Positions 60,481-64,000 of a stretch of 64,000 bases of DNA are shown here, piece by piece (within the stretch, counting starts at the first letter, position 1; each line of letters opens with the position of its first letter). Position numbers and translations under genes: made by a program. The notes under the pieces are model-generated. The model was given only the letters and a program-made list of their open reading frames with translations. It did no database searches and was not told the origin of the DNA. This DNA is from the human T2T-CHM13v2.0 reference genome, Homo sapiens, in NCBI RefSeq assembly GCF_009914755.1, contig NC_060930.1; one strand, written 5' to 3'.

Positions 60481-62839
60481 TAAAACCAAAATATGATATT
60501 ACCAAACCATGAAACTTGGCCAGAAAGATGTAATCTGTTCTTATGATGAATTTAACAAATGGATTGCTGTGATTTTTATGGACCCGTTAATATGGTTTCC
60601 ACAAATAATGAATAGCCAGTAGAAATTGATACACAAAGGATTCAAAATTATTGATTGGCTGTGCAGTGAGCCAGGGAAAGAAAGTGGCAGAATTTTTCTT
60701 GATTTATAAAGAAAAAATGAGGGAAGAAGAAAAGATGGGTGAGCTTAAGACAAACATAAGAACCTAACAGAAAGAATATGCACAACTTGGACTACAACAA
60801 ATAGCTGGGAAATGAGTGACAGGAAGCAAGCTCACCGGCTACATTCTTATCTGGGTCACAATGGAAAGGATATGTCTTCTGCATCTTCACTCTCCCTCTC
60901 TGTCTCTGACTCCTATTGTCCACTAGGAAAACAAGCGCTGGAAGTCAAGAACTTTCTCAACACTGGAGCCCAGTGCCCAAATCCATGGCTGGCAGGAGCT
61001 GGACTTCAGTGGCCAGTGGCTGAAAGACCTGCAGGCCACTCTTGAGAAAGGGCATGAAGTGGCCTCAGACACCTCCAGTATCTCCTGTTCATGGGGGTCC
61101 CTGCTCTCCCAAATGGTTCAGATGCTTCAAAGTTTAACCAGTAGACATAAGAGGAATGTTCTGGAAGCCATTCAGCACTGTCCACAATGTCGCAGGATGA
61201 GCAGATCTGTCTGCTAGTAGAAGGAAATGCCGTTAGAGTTTGCTGACCTGAACCCAGATACCAAGTCAACCCAGGTCTTATCCCATCAAGTTGACATCCG
61301 CTCTACACAGATCAATGTTTGCAAGAATCATCTCTCTCTGCTCTCTCTCTTCTTCCTTCCTCCACATTACTTGCAGTCTTTTCTAGCCATCAGTTCTCCT
61401 GGAGGGTCCTGGCTCCACCTGGAGATCTACAGCAAAGTCCTAGAGGTCCTGCTGAATTTGCTTTTCCCTTTCTCTCCTTGTGGCAGAGCAGCGGCAGGAG
61501 AGCTAGGGATGTTCTCCTGCTATGCTGATGCTACTCACAGCAAAACTCCTTCGGTGTTATGCTAACAAGTTTCTGTCTCAACTCCATCTTTCCGCACACT
61601 CCTCTCCCTGCTAGGTGCAAGGAGGGGGAAAGAAAACAATCTCTCCCTATGCACTTTAAACATTCCCTGTGATGTGTCACCAGACTTTATCGCCTTTCAG
61701 GCACTAGTGAGTCACTTTTTGAGGCAGGGCCCCCGCTCTAATGTCCACAGAATCCCGAAGCAGAGATGCTGCCAAATTCACCCCCACTGGTGGCTCACTG
61801 CCAAGGAGAAACAGGAGCTGTCTTTTTTCAGAGGTCTTTAAAAATAGTGTAGGAGGCCAGGGGTACATTAAGTGACCTCTGGAGGTCCAGTCTGGGCTCA
61901 GGAAGTTCTGACAAATTCAAAAATGTAGGTTTTAAGAGACTTGGGGGGCTTTACACAACGAGGCCCTTTTTAGCATTTGCTGCTGCAGGCTGATGGGCTG
62001 AATTAATCACTGTTCCTCTAATCAACTAAGGAAAATGGTCTTTCCTTCAAAAACAGCTGTCAGCAATGACTATAAATTGGTTCATTTTATGCAGAAAGAT
62101 GCCCTGTGATAGGCTGTCAGCCAAATGAATGCTGACTTCAATGTGACTTGAAACAGAATGTTGGAAGTGGCAATATATGAATGGAACAAAACAGGACAAT
62201 GAAGCAGCATCTCCATAGTCACAGCGAGGCATCATGAAGGATATACAGGGAGTACATTTTGAGACTGACAAGCAAAAATCATAATCTTAACAATGTTGCC
62301 TAATGTTTAGTGAGCACTTATTATGTCCTAGACTCTACACTAAATATGTCATTTGTCTTATTCCACCTACCATTAAAATATTTCCGAGCAGGAGTGTTTC
62401 TATTGAGACCTGCCAGAACATTGTCAAAATCATAGGCCCAAAGAGCCTAGCTTGAAAGCATGCTGTACTCTAGCAGAGGGGCCTGGAAATGCACAAATCA
62501 CAGAGACAAACACAAATCAGAGCGGCAGAAGCCACCTTGGTCTGAAGCTGGACTTAGGAGAAAAGGCTCTCCACTTGCTATAATAGGTCTTTAGACAATT
62601 TCACACCCTCCAGGTCTCTGGCAGAGCTTAGAGGCTAAAATTTTGTTTAAAAACAAACAAAAGCAGTTTGCCTTAAGTGGGCAAATGGAAAGGGAGATTT
62701 TTTACTTGCAAATAAGGAAATGATATTTAGTAATTTTCTAAGCATCTGTCTGTCCTATGTTTTGCTTTAGGGACCTATAACATTCCTCAGTGCTTGCCAA
62801 TCTCTAGTTTGGAAGCCAAAAGACACTACCTCATAGGCA

Positions 62840-62853
62840 GTGAGTCAGCAAAT
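62840..62853. promoter_or_regulatory. Consensus ARE/MARE (NRF2-sMAF) motif GTGAGTCAGCAAAT
   Basis: Exact RTGASTCAGCA core with an A/T-rich flank; motif only, no functional evidence. Confidence 0.35.
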
Positions 62854-62884
62854 GAGAGTGGGTGGGAAGCCAAGGGAGTAAGAA

Positions 62885-63112
62885 TAGGTGGAAAGGGCTG
62901 GACAGACTCCAAATCCAAGCTCTGTCACTGACGAGCTTCAGGACTTCGGAAAAATTACACTAACTCCTTTAGCCTACCTCCTAATCTGTAAAACAGACAT
63001 AACGAATGCTACCTTGCAGAGTCGCTGTGTTCATGAGATAATGAACATACATTATTCATTGCCCATGGATGTGCCTGCTACATAGTCAAGATTAACTCAT
63101 GGTAACTATTAT
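62885..63112 (+). mobile_element. MIR
   Basis: 'tccaaatccaagctctgtcact..ctcctaatctgtaaaa..tgcctgctacatagt'. Confidence 0.6.
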
Positions 63113-63134
63113 TTAAAAGGACCACTGGATCCAA

Positions 63135-63331
63135 CTCCAAGATTTACTATAAAGCTATGGTAATGAAGGCAGTGTGGTATTGGTGAAAGAACAGAGAAAA
63201 AGATCAATGGAACAAAATAGAAAACCTGGAAATAGACTTACATAAATATAGTCAGCTGATCTTCAATAAAGGAACAAAGACATTTCAATGGAACAAAGGT
63301 CATCTTTTCAACTAATAGAGCTGGAACAACT
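63135..63331 (+). mobile_element. L1M ORF2 fragment
   Basis: 'caagatttactataaagcta..cagtgtggtattggtgaaag..gatcaatggaacaaaataga..gtcatcttttcaac'. Confidence 0.8.

Positions 63332-64000
<669 letters not shown>

Overview
Primate genomic DNA, most likely human. The FAM50B protein points to 6p25.2. Bases 1-426 are the 3' end of the intronless FAM50B retrogene CDS (XAP5 family), followed by a 3' UTR with two AATAAA signals, the distal one supplied by a MIR. The remaining ~63 kb looks intergenic and is repeat-dense. It holds about 18 Alus, a young 5'-truncated L1PA, old L1M/L2/MIR fragments, MaLR LTRs, and solo ERV LTRs (MER21 x3, MER9, MER39, LTR12, LTR1/27-like, LTR18, MER4 x2), several with readable target-site duplications. 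A disabled RPS25 processed pseudogene is nested in a MER4 LTR at the far end. All other ORF-track entries look spurious or repeat-derived. I see no new protein-coding or defence-type system. The most unusual signals are structural: three short (150-250 bp) non-tandem duplications 1-2.5 kb apart, a rearranged composite Alu, a fold-back made of two MaLR halves, a double-tailed L1 and several template-switch scars. Repeat subfamily names come from recall of consensus sequences and need RepeatMasker/Dfam confirmation.
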